Shown in pieces: positions 11,593-25,904 of a stretch of 64,000 nt of DNA (positions within the stretch are counted from its first letter, which is position 1; each line of letters starts with the position of its first letter). This stretch comes from Setoptus koraiensis (taxonomy: Eukaryota; Animalia; Arthropoda). A program made the translations under genes and the position numbers. The stretch is from assembly GCA_048013815.1 (NCBI GenBank), contig CM106586.1, forward strand, positions 11,656,001 through 11,720,000, given 5' to 3'. The notes below the pieces were generated by a model. The model had not been told where the DNA came from, ran no database searches, and saw nothing but the letters and a program-made list of their open reading frames with translations.

Positions 11593-11785
11593 AACATAAT
11601 AAATTAAAACTCTTTAATTAATTTAAACTCTTTTTTTTTCAAAGCTCTTTTATCCGACGAATTTCGAGATTGAGAACCCCTCTTTCTTTTCATGTCTCTG
11701 AACGGCAGAATTGATAGAAATCAGTCAAAATTCCAATTCAAATCTATTCATGCGTGTTTTTTTCGTTTGTGCCCGATTGTCATTC

Positions 11786-11859
11786 AATATCTTCGGCGTA
11801 TCCTGATGAAAAATCGGCCCTCGAAGATTCTTAACAATTGATTGTACAAATCCCTCACC
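11786..11859 (-). repeat. Right arm of long-range inverted repeat (partner 7228-7301)
   Basis: See left arm. Weaker similarity spans about 11766-11893. Confidence 0.9.
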
Positions 11860-12213
11860 CCCACCAATTTCACATAGAATTCAAGATAGTACCACCAAAG
11901 TCCAGCAATGTGGCTTTGGGTTTTTTCATTCTAACTAATTTAACTTAACCATTGTGGAATGGCAACAATTAGGAAGAGCAGATGAAAATAATCAATCATT
12001 CGGATGATCTAAAATCTGTTTATCGATGATAATCTTTGAATAAGATTCTTTAGCACAACGACTTGCTCGCGCTATCAGTTCAGATACAACCGAAGCGACG
12101 TTTCAGTGCATCACTGGCGGAGGGGGCAAGAAAGATTCAATTCTTGTCAATTCTGGAGAAAAAAAAACAATTAAATTGATATACAAATGTACTAAGCAAT
12201 GATAAAGTGATAA

Positions 12214-12237
12214 ATACATGTAACTAGTTACATGTAT
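12214..12237. repeat. Perfect 24-bp palindrome containing two TACATGTA octamers
   Basis: atacatgtaactagttacatgtat equals its own reverse complement. Confidence 0.95.
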
Positions 12238-12840
12238 GAGTAGACTGTAGGCTTTTTCCATCAGCATTAAACAGTTGGCATGTTTTGATAGTGCTAACAA
12301 TAGATAATTTTAGTCTACATGATGAGTATTTATCCCGTAATTCATTCCACTTAGTCTCGTGAAACTAATTGAATTTTCACACAAGAGCTGTCGCTTGTTA
12401 CTACAGTCGTTTGACGCAATTTTCCAGGCATGTCATACTAATACACGTCTTACAGGTACGGTTTTTTTTTATAATTGCAACACTAATTGGACATCGTCAG
12501 TCTGTTGTAGACTGAAATGCGCCAGATTTTCTATGACAATAGCAAGTAACATACAGCATGGCATTAGCAATCGGTACGCGCTTAGGAGCACTACCTTTGC
12601 TAAGCGCTCCTATCACTGCTGGCCGGTCGGATGCTGAGTTGTTTCTTCTAGAAAACAGAATATCAGAAGAAATAGGTACTTCATCAAGTTACCTGTTCAA
12701 CGGAAACTGATTATTCAACTATAAGAGGCATCGACAAACACTTTTTGGCATACTGAGATCAAGTACAAATATTTGAGATCTGTACTCAAATATTAGCCGT
12801 TGAGGTTGGTCCTTAATGAATGACCCCGATTCACAGTCTG

Positions 12841-13340
12841 NNNNNNNNNNNNNNNNNNNNNNNNNNNNNNNNNNNNNNNNNNNNNNNNNNNNNNNNNNNN
12901 NNNNNNNNNNNNNNNNNNNNNNNNNNNNNNNNNNNNNNNNNNNNNNNNNNNNNNNNNNNNNNNNNNNNNNNNNNNNNNNNNNNNNNNNNNNNNNNNNNNN
13001 NNNNNNNNNNNNNNNNNNNNNNNNNNNNNNNNNNNNNNNNNNNNNNNNNNNNNNNNNNNNNNNNNNNNNNNNNNNNNNNNNNNNNNNNNNNNNNNNNNNN
13101 NNNNNNNNNNNNNNNNNNNNNNNNNNNNNNNNNNNNNNNNNNNNNNNNNNNNNNNNNNNNNNNNNNNNNNNNNNNNNNNNNNNNNNNNNNNNNNNNNNNN
13201 NNNNNNNNNNNNNNNNNNNNNNNNNNNNNNNNNNNNNNNNNNNNNNNNNNNNNNNNNNNNNNNNNNNNNNNNNNNNNNNNNNNNNNNNNNNNNNNNNNNN
13301 NNNNNNNNNNNNNNNNNNNNNNNNNNNNNNNNNNNNNNNN
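12841..13340. other. Assembly gap of 500 N, typical fixed-size scaffolding spacer
   Basis: Exactly 500 n characters. Confidence 0.99.
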
Positions 13341-13479
13341 TTTTGGAGTTGAATACTTGTGTTGATCATTTCTAAGCCATTTAAGATTGCCTTGAGGACG
13401 GAACATTTATTATCAGTTTTCGGAATATGTCTTTTTACACTATCGAGTCTTCTTGATGTTATGTTTAGTTGGTTGTAAA

Positions 13480-16400
13480 CAACAATTATTTATTTTTATA
13501 TTAAAAAAATATTATCAAACAATTTACTAATAAAAATAAAATTCTCTATACACTTTCTATAGAAAATTAATTACTCAATTATATTTACTCACAAAATTAC
13601 AAAAAAATATATACCATACATACTATTCAACTTATCGCACTTCTCCAAAATATCATAAACCTATTAAATATCAACTTATCAACACTATCATATTCTTCTT
13701 AACACCTCATTCTTATCCCATTTTTCACTAAACCCCACCTAACAAACTATACCCCTATAAAACATTCCCAAATCAACCATTACCAAAAATACCAATTATA
13801 ATAATTTTACACAAATCAAAAATTATATCAAAACAATAAATAATACTAATACATAATCAACTATACATCATAAAATTAATAAAATCGTAAATATAAACCT
13901 AATCTTTTATAATTACTATCATCTTCTAAATACCCAATTACCATACTTATTAAATCAAAATCACCAACAAAAATAACCTAATTTAAAAATATAATTCACA
14001 AACTTAATTTAATATCATATTATAACAATAAAAATTAAAAAATATTCTAATTAACCAACTTCCCATACCATCAACAATACTATTTTCTTAATATCAATTT
14101 TCTAAAAATCTCCTCTCCCTCAACAATCAAACATAATTCCATCTTATTCCTTACAAATTCTTTAATTTGATTTTTTTCTTAATTTATCAATACAATATTC
14201 CTATAAAAAATTATACAAGACCTATTCAACATAATAACAACATAACACATCAATCACTCATAAAAATTAGTCAACTTATTACAATCTTAATTATACTATT
14301 TCCAAACCATCAACATATTTCAATTAAAAAAAGCATTTTCACTACGACTCATTTATCAATAATATCAACCTTAAATTATATCTATTCTAATTATTTTTTC
14401 CAAACTATTTAAAATCTCTATTAAACCTATAAATATAATAATATTTATTATTTCCAACACAATTATAATTGAAAACATACAAATAAAAATCAATTCCATA
14501 GACTCTCTTATTAATAAATTCATATAATTCATAAAATATTATAACCAAATTAATCCTAATATATCAAACAAATTCTAAATTCCTATAAATAAATCGTTGA
14601 TGAGACCTGCATATATGTTTATATCAATTCCATAATAGACTACACGAATAAAATGATCTAGATATATATTGTCACGCGAAAAACAAAAATACTACAATCA
14701 AATCAAAACTGATGCCGATTGAATCAATCACTCCTATTATATAATTCAAATCATCTAATTAAGCTATAACTAAATTAACAATTTAAATCAATTAAAAAAC
14801 CCATACCCCAACCTTCCTACAAAAAACAAACCCAAACCCCAAACAACCATAATTAACACCTAAAGACATCACACCTCATACATATATACCATAACTTATG
14901 ATTTCATTAATAGCAAAATTTTTACTATTCAACTAAAACTTAATTTTAACCACGTTCAACAAACACACTTACCAGTCAATGTAATTGCTATTTTTTGGGT
15001 ATATATACATCTGATTTTTTACAACTTTAACTTAAATATCACTATGTTTCGATATTACAATCCCATATCACCCTTCTATAATAATTGCTTGAAACAATCC
15101 AAAACCTTGCAGTGAATCATACCTATTGCCCATGTACAAACATTGTTAATTGTGCTGTCGTAAATCGGCCTCATCAATGATCTGTCCAACCCAATATATC
15201 TAATTGTACTAAAGAAATACTTAAAAAATATAGGTCTTGGTAAATTTTTAAGATAGCACTTGAACAATATCGAGACAAAAAACGATGTCTGCAACCTTTA
15301 TCGTATGTAAGTTTCAGAAGCATCCCGATCCCACAAAAAACCAAGGAAAATGTAGAGATTCATCTTTCTACTATGTGAAGGTAGAACTAAAACACTGGCA
15401 CCGACCTTTTTTTATACTACGAGTGATGTTCTAAACATATATACGTATTCAACTACCAATAAATCCTACAATAAGAACCCAAAATCACCCTAACCTCCAT
15501 TAACCTCAATTTATTCCACATATCATTTTACACATATCTTCTCCATTTATAAACTTATTTATAAACTAATTAACCATTACCACACATCCCCCCCAAAATC
15601 TAAATCCACATCATAAAACTAACTCACATACTTTCATTAAAACCAAATATCAAACAACATAATAAACCACATCCAATCATAACCACCAACACCAAAACAC
15701 ATTTTATTAAAAAATCCTCAAATATATACAAATAATATAAATATAAATACTCACATCTCAATACAAACATTCCTAAAACCCTCATATATTATTCCTATCC
15801 CTCTTCCCCCCAAATCACACAAATACAATTTCCATCCCATCATCCTACACTCCTATATCCTCCCCTATTCAACAACCATAACCCACATCCCAACATACCT
15901 TAAATCAAACTTTCCAAAAAAACAACTCCCCATATTACCAATACATCACCCCAATAAATACACCTTAAACCAAAATCATAAACATTCACCAATACTCCCA
16001 TATACTTAATTCAACAACCCCAATACCACTTCCTATTCCTACCAACCATTCCACCCCACTCTCCCACACTCTTCCCACCTTAAAAACATAATCAATTAAT
16101 AAATCACATAAAATTCAATCCCACACTACTTCCTTAAAAATCATCAAATTCAATACTACCAATCCATCCCTTACAACACAACTCCACCACTCCTACATCT
16201 CTTCCCTTAATAATCATCCATAATCACCCCAATACCATAATAATATCTAACTTCCCTATCCCCCAACACCTAACCTCCCAACAATCACAAAACCATAATC
16301 CAATTCAACACTAAAACTAAACTTACTATACTTCCACATCACCTCATTAATAACCCATATTTCACTTACCCAATATCTTCCAACTAATACAAAAATCTAT

Positions 16401-19400
16401 TAAACACCATAACATTCACCATCCCCCAAACCTCATACACATACTATCAAAAAATATTCTCAAATCTTACCAAATTATTATAAAGCCACCCATCAACTAT
16501 TTATAAAAAAAACCTAAATCAAAACCTATCTCAATTAATTACACAACACCTACTCATACATACATCTCCTCCAAAACAACTCCCTTTTAATACTTTCCTC
16601 CCTCCCTAATTTCCATCATTTTCCCTCCCCCCACAAATCAATCAAACATACTCCCCAACTTTACTCTATAATAAACTATCCCATCCCATCCCCCAACCCA
16701 TAACCCCCATTCACCACAACCTCCAAAAATATCATCCTCCACCTCAATACATCCTCTCAATACCCACACCTAATCCATCAATTAACTACATAACCTAAAA
16801 CTCATTAAAACCACCAAAATTTAATAATTTACTCCTTTAAACCCCCCTCCCTCTCTCTCATACTCGCTCCCATACAGAAATTCCCTACTCATTCAATCCT
16901 TTCCCCCCCTATCAAATAATCCAAATAAAAATACTTACCATACTAACAAATACTTCAACACACTATCATTCCTATAACAACCCCTCTAAAATCACTACTA
17001 AACCCTCCATAATAAAATCAACTAACCACCCACAACCCATATCCCAATCATCTCCCCAAAACAATATAAATACTTCCACCCCACAAATTTTCAATAACCA
17101 CTCATACTATACACTCCATCAATCCCTCAATACCCAATACTAAACACCCCCCCCCACCTTCAACCATACAAAACCATAATTTCTCATACCCTAATACCTA
17201 AAACTCACCTCATCAACACTAACAATTACATTAAATAATCACAACCCATAATCTTACTATTCCAACACAATCCACACCATACATCAACATAACATCCCCA
17301 CATACTCTCTTTACAAAAAATCTCAACCAATTCATATATCATAAACTAACCCATCTCAAAATACCTCAACAAACCCTCTTCCAAATAACTCAAACAATTC
17401 ACTCAATCTCCTCTATTTCCTCTCACAAAAACACATACACCACAACACACACACATATAATAATAATAATCTCTCTCAACACATACACCCACATATCACT
17501 ATTAAACCTAACACTATCACTATCCATTCCACACCCTCAATCAATTAAATCCACCAACCACCCATTACATAAATTCCTATCTCATACAACCCACCTCTTC
17601 AATCTCTACTTTCCTCCCATACATACTTCTCTTAAATCACAATCTACATCATACATCCCTACTCATACATCAACTAACAATGACTAAATCTCACTATCTA
17701 CCACCACAAATCACCACCATACTCACCTACCTACTACAACATCACTCATTACTACTCACCAATTACCTTATAATACCATACAGCTACCATACTACCACCA
17801 TCCACAATCTAAAAATACTCACTCACACACTTTCTTCTCAATATCACCAAACAACATCACACCTCTACCCTCAAAAACACACTTCTTCTCTACCTCACAA
17901 ATCACTTCACACACCCTAATCCTATAATATCACTTACACTACACCAAACACAAACAATCACATCCACCCCTCCCCAACATAACATAATCACCTCCTCACA
18001 TATTCCTATCCTCTTCCCCTCACACCTCACCCCAACACTTCCATACTCATCTCACTACCCCTACCTACTCAATTCTACTCTCTACAATTTCTCTCCACAC
18101 CAATATCAAACCATACAACAAAAAATATTCCACAATCACTATTCATACTCCCAACCATTCTCACTCATTATCACAATCTTCTCTTCTTCCCAATTCTCAT
18201 CACTATAATTCCCATACTAACATCCCACTGTACAAAACTCACCTCACTCAAACTTACCATAATCATCATCCATATATTTCCTCAATATCATATTACAAAA
18301 CGCAAAAATCTACCTACATACCTTATCCCCAAAAAACACTTCACCCAAACATCCAATAAACAAACCCACTACCCCATAAATTTAAATCATCACCATTATA
18401 CTCCTCCATCCAAACAAACATCAATCCTAATCAAAAATCTTCCTCCACACCCTTACACATTTTCAAACCTCTACAATACTACAAATATCTAAACCCTCTC
18501 CTATCACCTCACTACACACCTACCACATCCAATCATTAAACCTATCTATCTACATCACCCCACACAAACCTTTCCAACTTTCCCCAAAATTACTAACAAC
18601 CCAATACACCAATTCACTATAATTCAAATATTCAATCACTCCACCCACTCCACAAACATCTCCCACAATTTACTCAATACATATAATTCAATAACCAATT
18701 ATAACCCCAATAATATCTTACAAAAAACACTTTAACAACCCTAAAAACCATTCCTATACAACAATATCTAAAAAAACCAATCAAAAAACATTCCAACTCC
18801 CCCAACAAACATAATTCTATAAAATCTTCCCCCAAAAATACCTCCCACACCCTTCACACATAAAAACTATTCACTTAATATATAATAAATCAACATCATA
18901 ATAACAACTCTATTTTCCCCAAACCATCTAATCCACACCTAACATTCCCTACAATTCATCATCACCTTCATACATAATCACCAAAATCACACTACAAACA
19001 CCTTCCATAATATTCCACCCCCCTTAATTATCATCCCACCTCCCTCCACAAATCTTCACAATACCTCAAATCCATATCATAATATACTTTCCATTTACAC
19101 TACCAACAATAACAATTACCACCCACAACCCAATAAAACAATATCCACCAATCCATCCCTAATATCACCTAATACACCCACCCATACACAATCCACACAT
19201 ACCAAACACACCCATAACAACACCCCAAAATAACACTATCATCACTAATTCTATCATTCAATTCTTCAACACACACATCCAAAACCCCCATCCATCCACT
19301 CATCATAACCATCACACAATCCCAATACACCTCCCATATATTAAAATCATACCTATATACCAATCACCCCCACCTCCACCCCCTAATTATACAATCTCTT

Positions 19401-22400
19401 TCCAACATCAATACCCTACAAAACCCCAAAATACCCTTATAAACCCCAAAATAAACCTAACATAAACCTTAATCTAACAATCAAAAATCTCCACTATCCT
19501 CACCCCCTAATTAATCCTATAAAACTAATAACAACCTAAAATCCTCATCATTATTAACAAATTAATAATCATAAAATATATTATTTTAAGTTTCATATAC
19601 AACTAATCAATATCATATATCACTTATATAATAATAAATTAACCTATCAAACCTCATTTACCGCACAAATATAATAAATATACTTAAAATAAAAAAAGAA
19701 GTAAAATTTAATACATCATTAATCTTCTATACTAGTACACATACTACATTTAAACCTTTTTTGTCCAACATTTCCATAATCAACACATATTTTAATAAAT
19801 CAATTCACAAAAAAAATGTCTTTTAGATTTTAATAAACACTCACCATTATTAAATCTTTAATCTATATATATCCTCATCTATTACATAACCCTTCACAAA
19901 CTCACCAATTTATTCTTTTTACCAATGTATAATATAACTTTTTAATCACACATCATATTAAAACCAACTAACAAATTTTTTATATCCTTCTTTCATCAAC
20001 ATATCAGGTTACAATTTATTAATAAATATATAATCCATAAATAATAATCCATAAATATAAATATTTAACTTTACAATAAAATAATTCCTATAAAATAATA
20101 ATAATATAAATAACAAATATAAAAACCAAAACCACATTAACAACTACCTATTCAAATAAAACACAAATTTATTTCTAATACCCCATTCACTAAACTCAAT
20201 ATATTTTCATACCCAACTAAATTCTTCCACAACCACAATATCTCATTCAACAATATATTTAAAAAATTTAATCCTTCACATATATCACACCTCAAAAAAA
20301 CATTACACATCAATAATAATAATCCAAACTCAAAAAAAAATTACACAACAATAACAACACTTCAAAAAAATATATATCATTAAAAAAACACTAAAAAACA
20401 CAAATACACTCCATCAAATAACAATACCACACATTAACAAACAAACTCCTCTAATTTAAAAAATACATCTCTATCCACTCCTTCCCCCATACCTTCAATA
20501 ACTTACCCCTTATCCTAATTTATCCTCTCCTAAACAATACCAACCCTAATAAAATCCAAACTACCTCCCTCTAACCCTCTTATCCCCCCACAAATATTCT
20601 TCCCCCCCCCCCTTTTCACATCAATAATAAAAAACTCCATACACTACTCCCCCCTAAAAATCACTTCCAAATCTACAATCCCACTACAACCAATCAATTA
20701 TTCCCCATACAATTAAATATTACTGAACACCCACTTCAACAACTCCTCTAAATCCTCCACTAAATCTTCTTCTTTATATCTACCCACCACCACAATCCCC
20801 CCCCCATCCATCCCCTCCTCAATTTCCTCACCCTAATCCCCACCACCCCAATATCCCCCCAATAAAACAAAAACCCCCAAAAAAAAAAAAAAAAAACCCC
20901 CAACCCCCCCCCCCACAAACAACACAAACAAAAAAAACAACCACCAAAAACAAAAAACCAACCCAAAAAATCCACAACTCATCTTATTTACCCCTAAACA
21001 AATTTCCACATCTCACACTCTTCACCACTCACACACTACTAACCCTCTTACACAACTTATTCCAATAACCCTAACTCCACTCATCCACAACATCTCAAAC
21101 TCCCCAACCACTACCTTCTTCCCCCCCTACAAAAATATATTCAATTAATCATAATAATTCACACCCTATTATATTATACTATATATACTATTTAATTCTT
21201 CTATCATAAACCTATAAAAACCTCACTCCTTCCCTCATCTTCTAATCACACTCACAACAATCATTCCCCCAACTTAATAAACAACCTACTTCATCCACAT
21301 CACCACCCTAATACCAACTCTCTCCCCTTTCTCCCCATCACCCTCCCAATAAACTTTCCCCCCCCATATCACCACATCTCCACTCTCCCCTCCCAAATCC
21401 TCCCCCAAACCATACTCAACTTTCTCCTCACCCACACTACATCTCCTTTCTATACCCCATTTCACCCAACTCCCATAACCTCCCTAATACATCTCACAAT
21501 AATCAACCTCACCATCATCCACCCAAACCAATTCCCTCCCCCACCCACCCACTCCTAACCACCCACAACACACACAAACCAAATACAATAATTAAAACAC
21601 TTATAATTACAAATCACAAATAATTCTAAAATCTCTCAATCTAAAAAAAATCAATATCTTAATCCAGAATATCATACTGACTCCTAACCCTACCATTACA
21701 CCACCACATACATACTAGATAATTATATTTTAGCCTCTTTAATCAAATATACTTCTAAATGCATAAAATCGTCTCTAATCTTCATTAACAAATGATTTAT
21801 AAAATACCTCACCCCCACCAATTTACATCGACTTCATCTATTCCCACCACAATTCCCTCAAAGTTTAATTTTAAAAAACAACACCACCAAACCAACCCCC
21901 CAATATTCCATTACCCAACTTCTCTCCTCATCCCAACCACCCACAATTCATCAACCCCAATAAACATCATAAACCACAATCCACTAAAAATCCCCTCAAT
22001 CATTACCTAAATCCCACCTCCTTCCTAAACTATCACCATTCTTTCTTTTTCCCTCCTAACCAAATACCCAAAATTCTCACCCCCACCAAAACCCAATAAC
22101 ACCCCTAAACCTCCCATCAAAATATAACACACAATACACAATAAACATAATATATCTCATCTTCAAAAACCACATCCAAACCACCTAATTCCATAAAATC
22201 ATATAACCCCACTCACCAAAACTACCCCATCATCTACAAACACCTACCAACCAACCCCCAACTAATATCCCCACCAATCCAAAACCCTCTATATAATAAC
22301 ACCTATAAATCTCCAAAACTTCAAACACACCACCTAAAACCTAACTTAAAAAAAAAAAAACACCCAATCCCCCACTTCCCACTACCTAATAATACTCATC

Positions 22401-23480
22401 CATTCCATCAAAACACATCCCACTCCCTACCACCTCATTCAACTCACCGTCTCCTAATTATCCAACAAATCCTCTACACACATCATTCCTTACTTCATAT
22501 CTTATAAAAAACACTACCCCATCCCACACTCATCAACTTACCAACCACCCTAATAACACTTCAATAAACAACCCCAAACATCTTCCACTACCACACCAAT
22601 AATTCAAATCTAACCATAACCCCAAAAATTAAATCCCACCCCACAACTTATTTAATTACAACCATCATCCCTCAACCATAATTTCTCCCCCCCCCTCTCT
22701 CCCTACCCATCACCCAACCCCCTCCCCCACCCCCCCCCCCCCCCCACTCCCCCCCCCCCCCACCCCCCACTATAACTCTACTACCCACCCCTCAACTCCT
22801 TCCAAATCTCCTCTCCTTCCCCCATTCCTTTCTTTCGCCTCTTCTACTCTATTACTTCCCCCTTCTCTTTAACTCCTTCAAACCACATTAACTTATAATT
22901 AAAACCACTAAAACACAAAAAATCCTCCCCGCCTCTCCCCCCTTACCCCCCTAACTCCAAAATCACTCACACCTCCCCTACCCTACCACCCATATACAAA
23001 CTCCCACCACAACCTCAATCTTCAATACCCAACATAATACAATATACCAACCTCACACTTCATCTCAAATTAACACTTACACCTCCTTCTCTATCTTTCT
23101 CATATAACTCCTCCACTTACTACCAATATTCATTTTCCGCTTAACCTCTTAACTAATAACTCCATAACCAGTCTTTACCACACCATCACAAAACACACCA
23201 ATACTTCCCCAATCAATTTTTCACTAATCAACAACCACCCATACTAACTAGTCCCACCTCTTCTTCCTACTTATCTTATCCTGCATCCTTATTATTCTTC
23301 TTTTTATTTCCTTCAGTTATCAAAAATTCTTCCAACCGCCTAAAATTCCAAAATATTGCAAATTCTCACATACACACTTATTTTTCTCAAAAATTTTCCA
23401 CATAGAATTATTTCCTTTAATTTCTAATTTACACCAAACACATCCACTATACACTTATCCTCTTCAAATTACACACAATC
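13480..23480. other. About 10-kb tract almost lacking G on the + strand; probable sequencing/assembly artefact at a contig end
   Basis: Only a few dozen G between about 15440 and 23150. G-containing islands at about 14590-14720 and 15080-15430. Directly follows the N gap. Confidence 0.95.
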
Positions 23481-23486
23481 AGACAT

Positions 23487-24830
23487 TTGTTGAGCGATGG
23501 CAGTTATGAGACTATAGAAATTTCCAGAGCTGAGATATTGGGTCGCAAGATAAACGAAACTCATTCAATGTTGATGCTGTTGTTCACTGTAATAACTCAT
23601 TCGCTGTTGCCGGAAATAACCGGTATTATAACCGAATTGGACACAATAGCGACAGATATGGATGTTCCTACAACTAATTCGCGCGCTCGAGCTGCAGCGG
23701 CGGCCGCAGCCAACGGTAGTGGCTCGGATAGCGATGATAGCGACATGGATAGCCGTCATCGTGACGATAGCGACAGCAGCGACGCGACAGCAGCATCGTC
23801 GCCAACTAACTTGAATCCGTTTCGACGCCTGAATCAGCGCCGTCGACCATCGAATACCGTAGGCCCCGCCACCGACCAAAGGGCACGTCGAGGAATCTCT
23901 CTATTGATGCCACCCGCAGGCAGAAATAGTGGTCCGTTTTCTGGTCCAATTAACGCTAACAATAGTAATACGACTGGCAGGGCTTCGGATGCTGTGTCAA
24001 CTGCGAACTTGTTGCAAACAACAATACTCGGAAATCTTGCAACTAGACCTGCCGGCGGCGCTAGAGTGGGCTCGTCGATGATGCCGTCGTCGGACGTCAA
24101 CAACAATAACATTTCGGCGTCATCGGGACAAGAGACACTTCAGACAGGGGCCAATCCGCCAGCCACTAGTGGCATAGGAGGTGTCTCGACTGGGCTGCAG
24201 AGCGGTCAACAACTGCGCCCGACAACTTCGCTAGCAACACCAACTGCAGCAACAGGTAGCCCACAAGACCATGTGGGATCTAGATTAGGCGCTGCCGCTA
24301 TTCCGGCACGTATGTCTGGCAGCGTGCCAGCACGAGTTCCGGTGCGAGCACCTCCAGCAACGGTGCCAGTGGCGAATAATACAAGCGGTGCCCCGCTCAT
24401 GAAATCTGTCCTGCCGTCCGTCGCGCAACCGTCGCCTCGCAGAGGACAATGGATAGCTAGAAGTCCCGCCACAGTGAGGGCCGACAATCAAACAAGATCG
24501 CGATCTATCAGCCCGGTGCGAATTAGATGGATTCAAGATAATAGCGCGTCCCCGCCAACAATGGCTACATCAACAACAGGCAACCGGACAGTCGAAAGTA
24601 GCCCGTCAGGATCGAGCAGATCGACGCCATCTAGAGCGAGTGTACTGTTTGGAGCTAGTCAGGCAAGACGACAAAGCAACATGAGATACGATGCAAATCC
24701 GCAACGAGAGGCAGACATTCGTTCGCTAAGTGAATCCTACAGAAAGATAAATCAGGTCTTCGAAATATTGCAAATTTTGCACATCCTAGTGCACAGAAAC
24801 AGCGTAGAATTGGACGGTTCTCCTGAATAG
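23487..24830 (+). CDS. 5'-truncated protein with a long Ala/Ser/Thr/Pro/Arg-rich disordered region between helical segments, unknown
   Basis: 447 open codons with GC-rich coding-like composition. Begins at a TTG exactly where G content recovers, so the true N-terminus is probably obscured. Confidence 0.8.
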   Translation: MLSDGSYETIEISRAEILGRKINETHSMLMLLFTVITHSLLPEITGIITELDTIATDMDVPTTNSRARAAAAAAANGSGSDSDDSDMDSRHRDDSDSSDATAASSPTNLNPFRRLNQRRRPSNTVGPATDQRARRGISLLMPPAGRNSGPFSGPINANNSNTTGRASDAVSTANLLQTTILGNLATRPAGGARVGSSMMPSSDVNNNNISASSGQETLQTGANPPATSGIGGVSTGLQSGQQLRPTTSLATPTAATGSPQDHVGSRLGAAAIPARMSGSVPARVPVRAPPATVPVANNTSGAPLMKSVLPSVAQPSPRRGQWIARSPATVRADNQTRSRSISPVRIRWIQDNSASPPTMATSTTGNRTVESSPSGSSRSTPSRASVLFGASQARRQSNMRYDANPQREADIRSLSESYRKINQVFEILQILHILVHRNSVELDGSPE

Positions 24831-25168
24831 ATCCGTGAACTCATCAAAGCATTAGTAATCATGTGATAATACTCAGGCATTAGCTGGACAAGAGAATTCA
24901 TACATCTCTCTTGCTAATGTGGGAAACACTTGTGCAAGCACATAGCAACAGTTTTGTTTTTGACCAGTCTCGAAGCTATTTGAAACAGAAGGCAAACTTT
25001 TACTTGTAAAAGTTTGTGTACTCATTAGATTGTTTTAATTATTGAGATTAGTTTATTAAATTATTATTCATCATTATAATTTTGATTTCCCGAACACGTG
25101 AATCATGATTTAAATGATTTTAATTCCGGTTTGTTTAAAATAAGATCAGATCAGACAGCGGAGTTCAA

Positions 25169-25620
25169 CCAGCTACATGGCATGTTGATCGGCGTGTCAT
25201 TGTTGGGAAGGTTTCCCTGTCAGCTTACCTCGCACCCAAAATGCATTGGAAGCGTGGCATCGCAGGTTTGGTTGCTTATCTGGCCATAAGCATCTTGGAG
25301 TTTATGGTTGTGTTGGATTATTTAGAGATGAAGATCATGCTGTGATGATAATGATAGAAAAAGGCCAGATCATCCCGCCAAACACAGCGTTAGCTAGACG
25401 CGAACAGAGCATAAGATCTGTTTATGAAGATCGAAGCAATCGAGAAAATCCTGATTTTCTAAGAAGTCTAGCTTACAATCTGAAATTTACTTTTGTCTTC
25501 TCAATAGACGACGATGAAACCGAAGCTGAAATAAACGTTCTCTGAACCATACGTTCTCTGAAATATACGTCTCCAAAGTGTACTTCGCTGAAACTCACGT
25601 CTCTGAAACGACCGTATCCC
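25169..25620 (+). mobile_element. Mutator-like (MULE) transposase C-terminal relic with subterminal tandem repeats
   Basis: PATWHVDRRVIVG (frameshift) LPRTQNALEAWHRRF...HLG...DFLRSLAYNL matches the MULE PRTNNxxEGWH...YLRxIAxNL tail. About six 15-16 bp acgt(t)ctctgaaa units at 25535-25620. Confidence 0.8.
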
Positions 25621-25904
25621 ATCTCGAACATTGCCTCAAAAAACGTCTTTCGCCATTCATCAAGCAGGTCTATGATGTTGATCAAGTTCTATTCTGGTCG
25701 GACTTATACTCATTACGCGACCCAAGTTCAAGAGTGGTTAAATGATGTGAATATTGAGACGGTGGACCGCCAATCAAACCCACCTTATTGGCCTGAAGGA
25801 AGGCCCATTGAAAGATTTCAGCCTTTATGCAAGCGTAAGTATAGTCAGAGGAAGAAGCCAGCAACAAATATCAAGAGATTCGAGCAAATATGGAGAAGCA
25901 AGTC

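Noticed and set aside
12300-12360. KWNELRDKY on the minus strand resembling a MADF/Myb helix
   Set aside because: Isolated short match with stops upstream in frame.
12719-13406. Four long ORFs in the track spanning 12.7-13.4 kb
   Set aside because: They are open only because of the 500-N gap.
14975-15256. Hydrophobic + frame with ...IGLINDLSNPIY resembling GPCR TM7, broken by three stops
   Set aside because: Every stop codon is a G-to-A derivative of TGG, so restoring W is uninformative. The motif match is too weak in corrupted sequence.
14167-22010. Short ORFs in the G-poor tract (14167, 17680, 19169, 20760, 21792)
   Set aside because: Their H/T/P/L/I-rich or G/V/W-rich composition is a direct by-product of the three-letter sequence.
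13480-23480. G-poor tract as mitochondrial insertion (NUMT), RIP product or telomeric/satellite repeat
   Set aside because: No cox, nad, cob or rRNA motifs, and the skew is far beyond mitochondrial levels. RIP depletes both C and G, whereas C is raised here. No periodic repeat unit is visible.
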